Positions 25,991 to 38,048 of a DNA stretch of 64,000 nucleotides are shown here, piece after piece. The position numbers were made by a program, and so were the translations under genes. Each line of letters opens with the position of its first letter. Within the stretch, counting starts at the first letter, position 1. Under the pieces are notes generated by a model. The model was not told where the DNA came from. It did no database searches and worked only from the letters and a program-made list of their open reading frames with translations. Source of the stretch: Felis catus (Eukaryota); assembly GCF_018350175.1 (NCBI RefSeq), contig NC_058368.1:139998001-140062000 (forward strand), given 5' to 3'.

Positions 25991-28900
25991 TTTTACAAAA
26001 ACATAGATAGATAATAGAAGTTTAAGATATCTGTACTTTCCGTATATTTTACTGAGCCTATTTTGTCCCATGACATATGTATTATTTCCTTCCTCTTCTA
26101 GATTAAGTAACTGAAGGGCTAGATAATGCAGGCAAATGATAGATCTGGCACTCAAAACTAAATATTCGAACTCAAAGTGTAGTTGTCCTCTCACCCAATA
26201 TGTCAAGCTGCTTCACTTAGGATTAGGGGAAATTTGATCCAAGACTAGAAATCTAGGCGCTAATTAAAAAAAAAAAAAAAAGCATGTTTTGAAGAGAAAT
26301 AACAAACTGTTCATGATGTAATTTAAATCAGAAATATCAGGAAGAACAGGATAGAAAACACCTCAGAAAATGAAACCCCAGTATCATGAAAAATTATGAC
26401 TATTTAATATTATTTCATAGCCCTCACCTGCCTGTAGACACTAATGAGTTTACACTAACAGTAAAAACCCTTATTTCCCCCCCGGCCATGCTTATTTTCC
26501 ATTTTATATAGAACTTAGGCTTTTTATGAAACGTGTTCCAAATATATTTTGGAGTTCGGGAGGTGCAAGGTTCTTATATATGTTCACCAGCTAGGATGAT
26601 CCCACTAGGCACTGAGGCTAGACCCCTGTGCCAGGCTCATCACAGATGTGCTCAAGCCATTTCTGGGCCCCAGGAAGGCTCTCTGTCATAATCTGCAAAG
26701 GAGTCTTAAGGAAGTGGTGTCTGGGCCCCAGTGTGTCAGAGTATAGTGAAGTTGCTTTTACAGTCTTTATTCACAGCATCCACCCCATACCCTCGTAGGG
26801 CTCAGATAGTGATCGAATAGGCAAGTCCACTGCACAGTGTGTGATGCACCATCCCTTCCTCCACCCCTCAGAGCTTTCTCACCAGATCAGGCTTATCATG
26901 GGCACTCCTTCAGGAGAGTTCCCTCCTGAAGGCTTCCCAATATTCCTCCAAATAAGGTTCTGGAGGACAGGTCTCTGAAGTTGCAGAAATAAACCCCAGC
27001 TACATCTGAATCACCCATGGATTCAAGTGTTCAGACTCTGCTTGTATTTCATTATGATTAGCATGGGGTGCCAGTATCATGAAGGCAGAGAGGGAGAGGT
27101 CCTCTTTATTATTTTCTATATTATGTACATTTAAAATATTAATTTTATAAACAGGAAAGATTTAAAGAAAAAACACAAAGAACATAGACTATTAGAACCA
27201 GCAATTTGAGAAGGTTATAGATTTTTGAAATAGGATGATTTGTCATCCCCTGGGGAGACTGAAATATGATCCTTCTAATGAACTGAATGACCTCTTTGTC
27301 TTAGGCTTCTATGAATCACCTGACTCTTTTCTTTCTTTGACTTGTATCTAACCCAGAGACAATAGGAGTCTACGAATTATTGAACATTGAAATTGCTGAA
27401 ACACTGACATTAGGGCTTCTGTGAGTTTCAGATTGTAATGGCTTCTGTATAGATCTCATTTAACTGTGGTTGATAAAAAAAAAAAGCAGTATTCACTTTA
27501 ATCAAAGTTGTTTGTAATTTAGGAAAAGAATTATAAGCCAGGGTAGCTTGACACAGATGTAAATTCTCCTCACTGAGCTTAGCCAAACTCACATTTGCTT
27601 CAAGGCCTGCAGCTATACAATAGAGGTTTCTTTCAGCGTTATTTTAGTAAATTTCAATGAAAAATTGTCAAGTATAACAAAACATTCTTGGAAAGACAGG
27701 AGGAATCTGTGGCATTTCACTTGACACATTAAAAGAACTAATGAGCTTTGCTACTGATAGAGAATTTTTACATTCTTATTTGCTTCAAAGAATGATACTC
27801 AGTTAATAATTCTTAAACACTTACATCTTTTCCATTTTTGTTTTTCCTGCTTGGTGCCAGTGTTTTCTTGGCTAGTACTGGAATCTACTGAATAGGCTGG
27901 CTCTACATTTTATCCACATATTCTATGGATCTGGTGGTTCTGAATCCAAGTCACTTGAATAGTGATGGGGACCAAATGTTCCTGAAAATATAAATATTTT
28001 ATATAACTAGATATTGCCAACAAATAGAAAAAAGAAAGGCTGATGTGGGCCAGAGCAGTACTCATAGGCTGTATTCCTGCCAAGTTGAATGTATGCATAG
28101 CCAGAAAGGACCAAAATCCTTTGGTAAGCAATACTCATAGATGAGGCATAATATTTTAGTATCAACCAATTTTAACCATCCTGTTAGTAGTTTCTTTTAA
28201 TTCTGGTAGGTCTTCTCCCATTTATATCGAATCAGAGACATCAATTTCCTCTGGGAAGGAGTATTACCCAGAGAAAAAAGTGAGGAAGCAATTCTCAGGT
28301 TTGAGTTTCAAAATGGGCCTTTTTTCCAGTTTGAAAGAAAAAATTTTGATTTCAAAAGACTGAATTTTGAACATCAAAAGCTAAGATCCTGAAAGACTCA
28401 GTGCTTGAAACTTTTGCCATTAACACATTAGATTGGAAGGAATGCATGTGGATGTCAGAGCTGCTTTCCTTGTTGGAGAGGAACTAAGGATCCTACAGAC
28501 AGGGGAGAGAAGAGAATTAGAAGGCAAGACAGTTCAGTACCACCGAGTTTCTCTGAGAAAGGGTCCTGTGCTCTGACTCCCAGGTGGAGTTGAGGCCAGG
28601 GGTGAAGATCAGAGGCATATGTGTGTTCCAAACCATATATAGATTTGGGTTTCTGACAACAGTCAGGATGTGTGCTTTGCTTTCTAATTGAAGGCAGGCC
28701 AGGTGTCAAGCATCTAAAAATGGTGCAGCATCCACAATGGCATGGCAGCAGTAGAGTAGGGATGGATAGATGAAGCATCTAGGCAGATGGTCTGAGGGAG
28801 CCAACAGAGCCCCTTTGGGCTATTGTGAATAATGTGGCAATGAACATGGGAGTGTAGGTATCTCTTCCAGATAGTGATATCATTTCATTAAGATATTTAC

Positions 28901-30068
28901 CCAGAAGTAAAATTGCCAGATCATATGGTAGTTCCATTTTTAAGTTTTTGAGGAATCTCCATACTGTTTCCCATATGGCTTATACCAGTTTACATTTCCA
29001 TCAGCAGTGTTCACGTGTTCCTTTTTTCCCACATTCTCACCAATACTTGCTCTTGTCTTTTGGATGAAAGCCATCCTAACAGGTGTGAGGTAGTATCTCA
29101 CTGTGGTCTTGATTTGCATTTCTTTGATGATTAGTGATGTTGAGCACCTTTTCATGTACCTGTTGGTAATTTGTATGTCTTCTCTGAAAAATGTTTATTT
29201 ATTCAGGTCCTTTGCCCATTTTCAATTGGGTTATTTGTTCTTTTGCTATTAAGTTATGTAAATATTTATATATTTTGGACATTAACCCCTTGTTGGATAT
29301 ATGGTTTAAAAATGTTTTCTCCCATTCTGTATGTTGCCTTTTAATTTTATTTAGTTAGTTAGTTAGTTACTTATTTTTTCTGTAAAAACTTTTTAGTTAA
29401 ATGTATACTAACTTGTTTGTTTTGCTTTTTATTGCCTATGTTTTTGGTGTTATATCCAAAACATTGTTCATGAAACCATTGTCAGAACATTTTTCCCTGT
29501 GTTTTCTTCTAGGAGTTTCATGTTTTCTTCTAGGATTTCAGGTCTTATAGTTAAGTCTTTAATCAAGTTTGAGTTAATTGTTGTGTATGATGTAAGATAG
29601 AGGTCCAGTTTCATTCTTTGGTATGTGAATGTCCAGTTTTCCCAACACCACTTATTGAAGAGATTATCCTTTCTTCATTGTGTGTTTTTAATGACCTAAT
29701 CAAAGATCAGTTGACGGGTGTGTTTATTTCTGGGCTCTTGATTCTGTGCTATTGGTCTGTGTCTGTTTATATGCTAGTACAATACTGTCTTGATTACTAT
29801 AGCTCTGTAATACAGTTTGAAATCAGGAGGTGTGATGCCTCCAGCTTTGCTCTTCTTTCTCAGGATTGCTTTGGCTATTCAGGGTCTTTTGTGGTTCCAT
29901 ACGAATTTTAGAGTTGTTTTTTCTATTTCTGTGGAAAATTGCCAAATTGGAATTTTGGTAGGGATTGCACTGAATCTATAGATCACCTTAGGTCATTTTA
30001 ACAATAGAATTTTAACAATATTAACAATATCAACAATACTGTTATTAACAACTTTAACAATATTGTTT

Positions 30069-30279
30069 TTTTACTTTATTTATTTTTAAAGAGAGAGAAA
30101 GCATACAAGCAGGGGAGAGGTGGGGGGGGGGGAGAGGGAGGGAGAGAGAGAATCCCAAGCAGACTCCATGCTTTTAGCATGGAGCTCAATGTGGGGCTCG
30201 ATCCCACATACTGTGAGATCATGACCTGAGCTGAAATCAAGAGTGGGACGCTTAACTGACTGAGCTACCCAGATGTCCC
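30069..30279 (-). mobile_element. Can-SINE nested in L1
   Basis: gacctgagctgaaatcaagag..gagctacccagatgtccc. Confidence 0.93.
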
Positions 30280-31142
30280 AATTTTAACCATATTATTAAT
30301 CTAGCCCATGAACACAAGATATCTTGCCATTTGTTTTCATCTTCCTCAATTTCTTGCAATTTCTTGTTTTGTAGTTTTCAGTATATCGATCTTTCACTTC
30401 CTTGGTTACATTTATTTCTAAGTATTTTATTCTTTTAATGTAATTGTGAATGGGATTCTTTTCTTAATTTCTCTAATAGTTCATTGTTACTGTATAGAAA
30501 CATAACTGATTTTTGTATATTAATTTTGAATCCTTTAACTTTTCTGAGTTCATTTGTTCTAAAATTTTTTGGTGATCTTTAGGGTTTTCTATATAAAAGA
30601 TAAAGTCATCTGCAAAGAAAGACAGTTTTACTTCTTCCTTTCTGATTTGAATGCTTTTTATTTCTTCTCTCTCTCTCTCTTTTTTTTCTCCCTAAGTGCT
30701 CTGGCTAGGACAGTATTATGTTAAGTAATGGGAATCCACCATCAGAGATGCCTGCTCCAGTGACTCTCATTGCTTTTTCATTTTGTTGATAGTTTCCTTT
30801 GCTGTTGAAGTACATCCCATCTATACCTAATTTGTTGAGAGTTTTTAATCATAAAACGACGTTGAATTTTGTCAAATGCTTTTACTGCACCTATTGAGAT
30901 GTTCATTTAATTTTTATCCTTTGTTCTGTCGATGTGGTATATCACATTGATAGATTTATGTATATTGAACCATCCATGGATCCCAGGAATAAGTCGCATT
31001 TGATCATGATGTATGATCCTTATTTATTTTATTTTAATTATGGTACAGTTAACATACAGTATTATATTAGTTTCAGGTGTACAATGTAGTGATTCAATAA
31101 TTCTATGTATTACTTATTGTTCATCAATATAAGTGTACTCTT

Positions 31143-31365
31143 TTTTTTTTAATTTTTTTTTTCAACGTTTATTTATTTTTGGGACAGAGAGAGACAGAGC
31201 ATGAACGGGGGAGGGGCAGAGAGAGAGGGAGACACAGAATCGGAAACAGGCTCCAGGCTCTGAGCCATCAGCCCAGAGCCGGATGCGGGGCTCTAACTCA
31301 CGGACCGCGAGATTGTGACCTGGCTGAAGTCGGACGCTTAACCGACTGTGCCACCCAGGCGCCCC
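31143..31365 (-). mobile_element. Can-SINE, young SINEC_Fc-like
   Basis: TSD tataagtgtactctt at 31128-31142 and 31366-31380. Confidence 0.97.
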
Positions 31366-31476
31366 TATAAGTGTACTCTTAATCCTTGTCACTGACTTCA
31401 CCCATTCCCCTCCTTGCCTTCCCTCTGACTACTATCATTTTGTTTTCTATAATTAAGAGTCTTTTTGCGGGGGGAT

Positions 31477-31619
31477 GAGGTGCTTGGATGCCTCAGTCAG
31501 ATATGCATCTGATTATTGACTTTGGCTTAGGTCATGATCTCACTGTTCATGGGTTTGAGCTCCATGTGGGGCTCTTCGCTGACAGTATGGAGCCTGCTTG
31601 GGCTCTCTCTCTGCCATTC

Positions 31620-31654
<35 letters not shown>

Positions 31655-31678
31655 AAAAAAGAAGCTTTCAAAAAAAAA
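31477..31678 (+). mobile_element. Can-SINE (older)
   Basis: Diverged head, ggtcatgatctcac, (CT)n, A tail. Confidence 0.9.
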
Positions 31679-31876
31679 GCGTCTATTTTTTGGTTTGTCT
31701 CTTTCTTTCCTTTGTTTGTTTGTTTTGTTTGTTAAATTCCACATATGAGTGAAATCACATGGTATTTGTCTTTCTCTGACGGACTCATTTCACTTAGTAT
31801 TATACTTTCCAGATCCATCCATGTTGTTGCAAATGGTGAGATTTCATTCTTTTTTATGCCTGAATAATATTCCTTT

Positions 31877-31887
31877 ATATCTATCTG

Positions 31888-31921
<34 letters not shown>

Positions 31922-31940
31922 CATTTATCTATCTATATAT
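31877..31940. repeat. (TATC)n microsatellite
   Basis: Direct reading. Confidence 0.95.
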
Positions 31941-34900
31941 CTCACATCTTCTTTGTCCATTCATTAATGAACATTTGAGCTACTTCCATAATTTGGCTAT
32001 TGTAAATAATGCTACAGTAAACATAAGGATGCATATATCCTTTTGAATTAGTGTTTTTATATTCTTTGGATAAACACCGATTAGTGTGATAACTAGATCA
32101 TATGGTAGTTCTTTTTTTAATTTTTTTTGAAGAATTCCATGTTGTTTTCCACATGATGTATGAGCCTTTTAATGTGCTATTGAGTTTGGTTTGCTAATAT
32201 TTTGTTGAGGATTTTTGCATCTATGCTTATCAAGGATATTGGCCTGTAATTTTCTTTTCCTGTATTGTCCTTGTCTGACTTTGGTATCAGAGTAATGCGT
32301 GTCTCATAAAATGAGTTTGGAAGTATTCTTTCCTCTTTAATTTTTCAGAATTGTTCCAGAAATATTGGTATTAATTCTTTAAATGGTAGAATTCACCATG
32401 AAGCCATTGGGTCCTTGGCTTCTTGTTGTAGTTGGGAAGTTTTTGATTGATTCAATGTATTTATTCATTATTGCTATGCTCATAGTTTTTCTTCATGATT
32501 CAGTCTTTGTAGGTTTTATGTTTCTAGGAATTTATCCATTTCTTCTAGGTTATCTAATTTGTTGGTGTATATTTGTCATAGTAGTCTTATATGATCATTT
32601 GTACTTCTGTAGTATCAGTTAAAATGTCTCTTTTTATTTCTAATTTTATTTATTTGAGTCTTCTCTATTTTTTTAATTAGTGTAGCTAAAGATTTGTCAG
32701 TTTTGTTTACCTGTTTTCAAAAAAAATAGCTCTTAGTTTGACTGATCTCTTTTATTGCCTTTCCTTGAGAACTTTCTTTTTACTTAATGTAGGTTTTTAT
32801 TGCTATAAACATCCCTTTTAGAAATGGTTTTGTTGCATCACATAAGTGTTGTGATGCAGGAGTATATTGTTTAATCTCTAAATTTTCCACCTGCTCATTT
32901 ATGTTTTTATACCATTGTGGTTGGAAACGGTGCTTGATATGATTTCAATATTCTTACATTTGTTAAGATTTGTTTTGTGACCTAATGTGATTTATCCTGG
33001 AATGTTCTATAAGTGCTTGAGAAGAATGCATATTCTCCTGCTTTTCGATAGAATGTTGTGCGTGTGTGTGTGCGTGTGTGTATAGTCTAATTGTTTTAAT
33101 GTGTATTTCAAGTCCAATACTTTGTTATTGATTTTTTGTCTGATTTATTCATTGTAGAAAGTGGGGTATTCATGTCCCCAAATATTATTCTATTGCTGTT
33201 TTTTCTTTCTTTAGATCTAATATGTTTAGGTGCCCTGATGTTGGGTGCATAAATATTTAAAATTATTATATCCTCTTAATGAATTGATCCCTTTATCATT
33301 ATATAATGGCCTTCTTTGTCTCTTGTTGCTATTTTTGACTTAAAGTCTATTGTGTCTGATATAAATATAGCTACCCCTGTTCTTATTTGGTTTCTATTTG
33401 CATGGAATATCTTTGTCCATCCCTTCTCTTTCAGCCTGCTTGTTTCCTTAAAGCTGAAGTGAGTCACTTATAGTCGGGTCTTGTTTTTTTTAATCTATTC
33501 TGCAACTCTTTATCTTTTGATCGAATAATCTAATCTGTCTACATTTAAAGTAAATATCGATAGGAAAGGAAATATTGATAGGAAAAGTGACATCTTATTA
33601 ATTGTTTCCTGGCTATTTAAGAGCTCCTCTGTTCCTTTCTTGTGTTCTTCCTTTGTGACTTGATGATTTTCTAGAGTGGCGTGCTTTGGCTCCCTTCTCT
33701 GTCTCTTTTGTGGACCCACTGTAGGTTTTGCTGCATGGTTACCATAAGGCTTATATGATACATCTCATAGTTATAACAGTCTCTTTTAATCTGTTAACAG
33801 CTTAACACTTATCTCATACAAAACCTCCACCCTTTTACTCCCCTCTGTTTTGTCTTTGATGCCATAATTTTTATCTTTTTATATTGTGTATCTGTTAACC
33901 AATTCTTATAGCTATAGTTATTTTTTAAATATTTTTGTCCTTTAACTTTTATACTAAACTTTTATACTAAACTTTTATACTAAAGTTCTGTGGTTAACAC
34001 ATCAGCATACTACAGTATTAGAGTATTCTGAATTTAAGTATGTAATTGCCTTACCAACATGCTTTATATTTACTTGTTTTTATGTTACTAATTAGCATCT
34101 TCTCATTTCAGTTTGAAGAACTCCTTTTGGCATTTTTTTTTTGTAATGCAGGTCTAGTGGTGGTAAACTCTGTCAGGTTTTGTTTGTCTGGAAAAGTCTT
34201 TATCTCTGCTTCATTTCTGAAGGACAGCTCTGCTAGTGAAAGTATTATGGGTTGGATTTTTTTTTCTTTCAGCAATTTGAATATATCATCTCACTCTCTC
34301 CTGGCCTGCACAATTTCTGTTGAGAAATTAAAGGGTTCACTGGCATCTCTGGCCCAGTCCTGACCCAGCTGGATCCCATCTACCCACCTTTCCAGCTGAT
34401 TCTGTGCAGAATCCATCGGAGCCAGAGTTGAATGTCACCCTGGTCTTTTCCAAGAGCACTTCAACTCCTTGGCTCTGAATCTCCCTGCCCCCAACCTGCA
34501 CCTGCTCTTTCTCTGAGGGGATGCTGCTAGCTTGCTTTGTACTACCCACACTCCAGAATCAGCAGTCTTGAGACCTCTTTCCTCTGGTACTCAAGCCAGG
34601 CCTCCTCCAGAGGAGACCCAGGGTGATCACCTAAGGCCAGGTGGGGACGCAGGGGCACCTACTTGGGGGAATCCTATGTGGACTTTATGGCTTTCGGGAA
34701 TAAGATTATCATGAATGTGGAAAGAGGATTACAGCGCACCTAAGGAAGACATAAACAATGATACATTATGAAGATGCAGAGCTCTAAAACAGAAAAGAGA
34801 AGAACTGGGTCTGGTTCTGTAAAGGTAATATTAATCACACGAATGTATGAGAATTTAGTTTTTATGGCTGATTACCACATGTACTAACATTTATGTATAT

Positions 34901-35986
34901 AGGTAACTTGTGACCAGTTAATTTTATTGTTCTATTGGGTTGCGCCATTACACAAATAATAATGGTAATAGTAAGTTTTTATTTGCTGAGCTCCTTCTAA
35001 ATGCCAAGCGCCATGATAATCACTTTATATAAATTATTTTCTTTGGTTTCATGCTCTGTGTTTCTAGTCTTCAGTTGCTCATTGAATATGGTCACTATTT
35101 TTTTTTTTTTAATTTTAAGAGACGTGAACTACACTTTGTAAAATATTGGCTGGTTCCTAAAGCCCTGGAGGTCCTGAGGACAGACTAATTTTATTCATGG
35201 TTGGCATTTATCAGAAATTTGCTGTTCAATTTATATTGGTCATACCAACAAAAAAAATAGTTCTGTTTGTGTGGGAATTCCTCCAAATTCTTCTTAGCTT
35301 CTAGGAGAAAACAATGAGAGGACAAGTTTAATGAGAGCTGGCTTATAAGCATTTCCTCTTCTCTCCTCCCCCATGCCTATTCCTCCCCCTCCCCTCTTCT
35401 CCCCTTCTCTCTGTCTCCTCTCTCTCTACTAAGTCTGGCAATGCCCATTAAAATAGTTGTAGGTGTAGTGTGGGGACATTTGGGAAGGGGGGCATCTATA
35501 AACACAAGCAGAAAGGTATCGTGCTTCCTCACATTATTCTGAGAAAGGACAGAAATTACCAATTTTAAGTTTTACTATATTCTAGGAGGGCACATGTTCC
35601 TCTGTGGGCATCCAGCCATGGTGCACTGGAAATCTAAGATTGAATTTAGTTGAGCCTCACTGGTTCTGTTAACGAAAAGAATCATACAAAAGGTCTCTGG
35701 GACACGCTGTTTTCTTCATGGGTCAGGAATTGGTTCTACTGTGTATGTGATGGGTTGAACATTGGACAGAATCCCGTGGAAGGTTTGTGATCCAGAGGAT
35801 TGTGTTTCAGAATGCAATTTCTGTTCACTGAACTTTATGAAAAAGAAAGACACTGCAAAATGATGGTATGAAAGCTAGAAATTCATGGGCGTGAGCACTG
35901 CTCTAATGGCACATTAAAGCTTGATGGAGCTTTCAAGAAAATGTAAAGATGTGAACAGAGTTTACATTCAAGAGAAAAAGACATTT

Positions 35987-36137
35987 GGGGCACCTGGGTG
36001 CCTCAGTCAGTGGAGCATCTGACTTCAGCTCAGGTCATGACCTCACAGTTTGTGAGTTCGAGCCCCACATTGGGCTCTCTGCTGTCAACACAGAGCCCAC
36101 TTAGGATCCTCTGTCTACCTCTGTCTTTGCCTCTCCC

Positions 36138-36176
<39 letters not shown>

Positions 36177-36206
36177 AATAAACAAATATTGAAAAAAGAA
36201 AAAAAA
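35987..36206 (+). mobile_element. Can-SINE
   Basis: GGGGCACCTGGGTGCCTCAG head, (CT)n, A tail; flanks acattt(g). Confidence 0.95.
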
Positions 36207-37384
36207 CATTTGAGAATAAAATGTACAATATTTTATGGACCATTTATAGTGATTTGATGTCAATTCATTTTGGTGAAGAGTTACAATAAGCAAATCCTCT
36301 TTATCATGTTCTAAGAGGTAGAATCCTAGTTTTAGGAATAACTGGTTAACAGCTCCACTCTTCAGCTTTCCTTCTATCTCTCGTCATTCGAAGGACAGTG
36401 GGCATAGTAGAAATATTCAGGGTAAGAGAGTTGGATTGTAGTTTATACTCTGTCACACATAGGAGATGTGCCATGAGTCTTAGTCTTCCTAATTATAAAA
36501 TTGAATAGTTGGATTATATATTCTCAAAGGTTTCTTTTACCTCCAAAATGTGGTTCAAAGTGCCCTTGTAATGACATGCAGCTTTGTTCTCACTTTTTAA
36601 AGCTATAATGAGTGAACTATTCTGGCAGAATTTTGTCGAAAGGAGATGTTGCCTTTTTCAAAGACGTGGTTTTGATCACTTGTTTGAGGACCAGCCCATT
36701 GCTGGCCCATTATGTTGATGTCAAATGGAAGACTGAGGCCACATTAAGTCTAATTTGTTGTTGAAAGAAAGCAAGTTCAAAGCTATGTCCCCAAATAGTC
36801 AAATTCTGTTTGTAATATCTTGCAAAAGCCACTCAGATAAATGAAATTTATATTTTGAAGAATACTGGGTTATTTTGCATAACCTTTGATTTCACACATT
36901 TCTCTTCCATAATGTGTCAGTAGATTTTGTATTGATATAAAAATTTAGTTCTATCATTTTTTTTTCTAAGTTTGAAGTGAATGTAGCTTTCCAGGTTTCT
37001 TTATTTTGTCAAGATAAAGTGAAATAAATCTTTGAGTACTAACTTTCCTTTTTCAGTTAACACATCATTTCTACTTAACACTTCCTTTTCCCAGGGCCGT
37101 GCTTGTACCAATCCCTCACCAGATGATTTCTTGAAAGGATTCTTGGCTCCAGGGCTATAGTGATACCTCCCAGGCCTCTAGGGGAGCAGGATGCATCTGG
37201 GCATTCTTGGTTTGCCCTCTTTTCACTCACCTAAGCTCTTATCAATTCCTTTCTTTCCTTCTTTCATACATCTCAAATGGACTATACACTTCTCTTCATC
37301 TATACTCCTTCCACCCTCATCCCAGCCTTCATCATCTCTCACCTGGACAATAGCCTCCAGATTTGTCTCTCTGTTTCCAAGCTT

Positions 37385-37481
37385 TTTTTTTTTTTTTTTT
37401 TTTATAGTAGGCTTCATGCCTTGAACTCAGGACCCTGAGATTAAGAGTCACATGCTCTACTGACTGAGCCAGGCTGGTGCC
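37385..37481 (-). mobile_element. Short Can-SINE (tRNA head plus A tail, no CT region; SINEC_c-like)
   Basis: Reverse complement reads GGCACCAGCCTGGCTCAGTCAGTAGAGCATGTGACTCTTAATCTCAGG; TSD ctctg(t/c)ttccaagctt at 37369-37384 and 37482-37497. Confidence 0.9.
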
Positions 37482-37641
37482 CTCTGCTTCCAAGCTTATG
37501 CCCCCTGGTCCAGTCTCCACATAGCAGCTCTATTGGTCATGCAGGTTGAGTCATGCCACTAACCTTTCTCCCATCCTTTGGAGTCTTTCTTTTGCATACA
37601 AATAAAATTTCAACTCCCAAGACTATGACTGTGGTAAACAC

Positions 37642-38048
37642 TGTGATGTCCTGCCCAGATTCCTCTTCAAAGAAAGATTTGTTGCCCTCGTTACTAGAAA
37701 TGCTGTTGTTAGATGCCTTCAACTGTCAGACCTTCAGGAATGGCTTCAGCTTCCTGAAGGTGCATTGCCCAAGGTCCTGTCCTTCCTCGAGTGGTCCATA
37801 GCTGCTGACAGGTGCATGCAGGGGTAAAAAGGCTTGGCTGTCTTGGCCCAGCTCTGGATTACCCTGTGGGACTATTCTGACTCCACATGGAGTTAGCTGC
37901 AACTGTCCTTTGGCCTTACTCTTAGCTCCCTTCTTGCTCTGCTCCATCTTGCTTACTTTCTTCCCCTCTTCTGCAGGTGTTGATCTAAAGGAAACTCTTT
38001 AATAAATATCTGGAAGCTAAATTCCACCTCAGAACCCAAATTGCAACA
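37642..38048 (+). mobile_element. ERVL LTR, LTR16A-like
   Basis: tgtg..cccagattcctcttca..ttgcccaaggtc..caggtgttgatc..taataaa..cacctcaga..caaca. Confidence 0.75.

Larger units (their letters stand above)
31022..32151 (-). mobile_element. Younger carnivore L1 3' fragment nested in the older L1
   Basis: 3'UTR text; TSD catgatgtatga(t/g)cctt at 31005-31021 and 32152-32168. Confidence 0.92.
28817..34329 (-). mobile_element. Large decayed L1 (L1MA-like), ORF1 end through most of ORF2, lacking 3'UTR and tail; contains nested elements
   Basis: ORF 28940-29155 ([18 protein letters not shown]) and ORF 33276-33467 (THFSFKETSRLKEKGWTKIFHAN..TGVAIFISDTIDFK..RDKEGHYIMIKGSI, the endonuclease domain); ORF1-type text ends at tttctgttgagaaat. 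Confidence 0.93.

Noticed and set aside
37385..37481. tRNA-Lys-like sequence as a tRNA gene
   Set aside because: It has an A tail, a TSD and a deleted 3' half, so it is a short Can-SINE.
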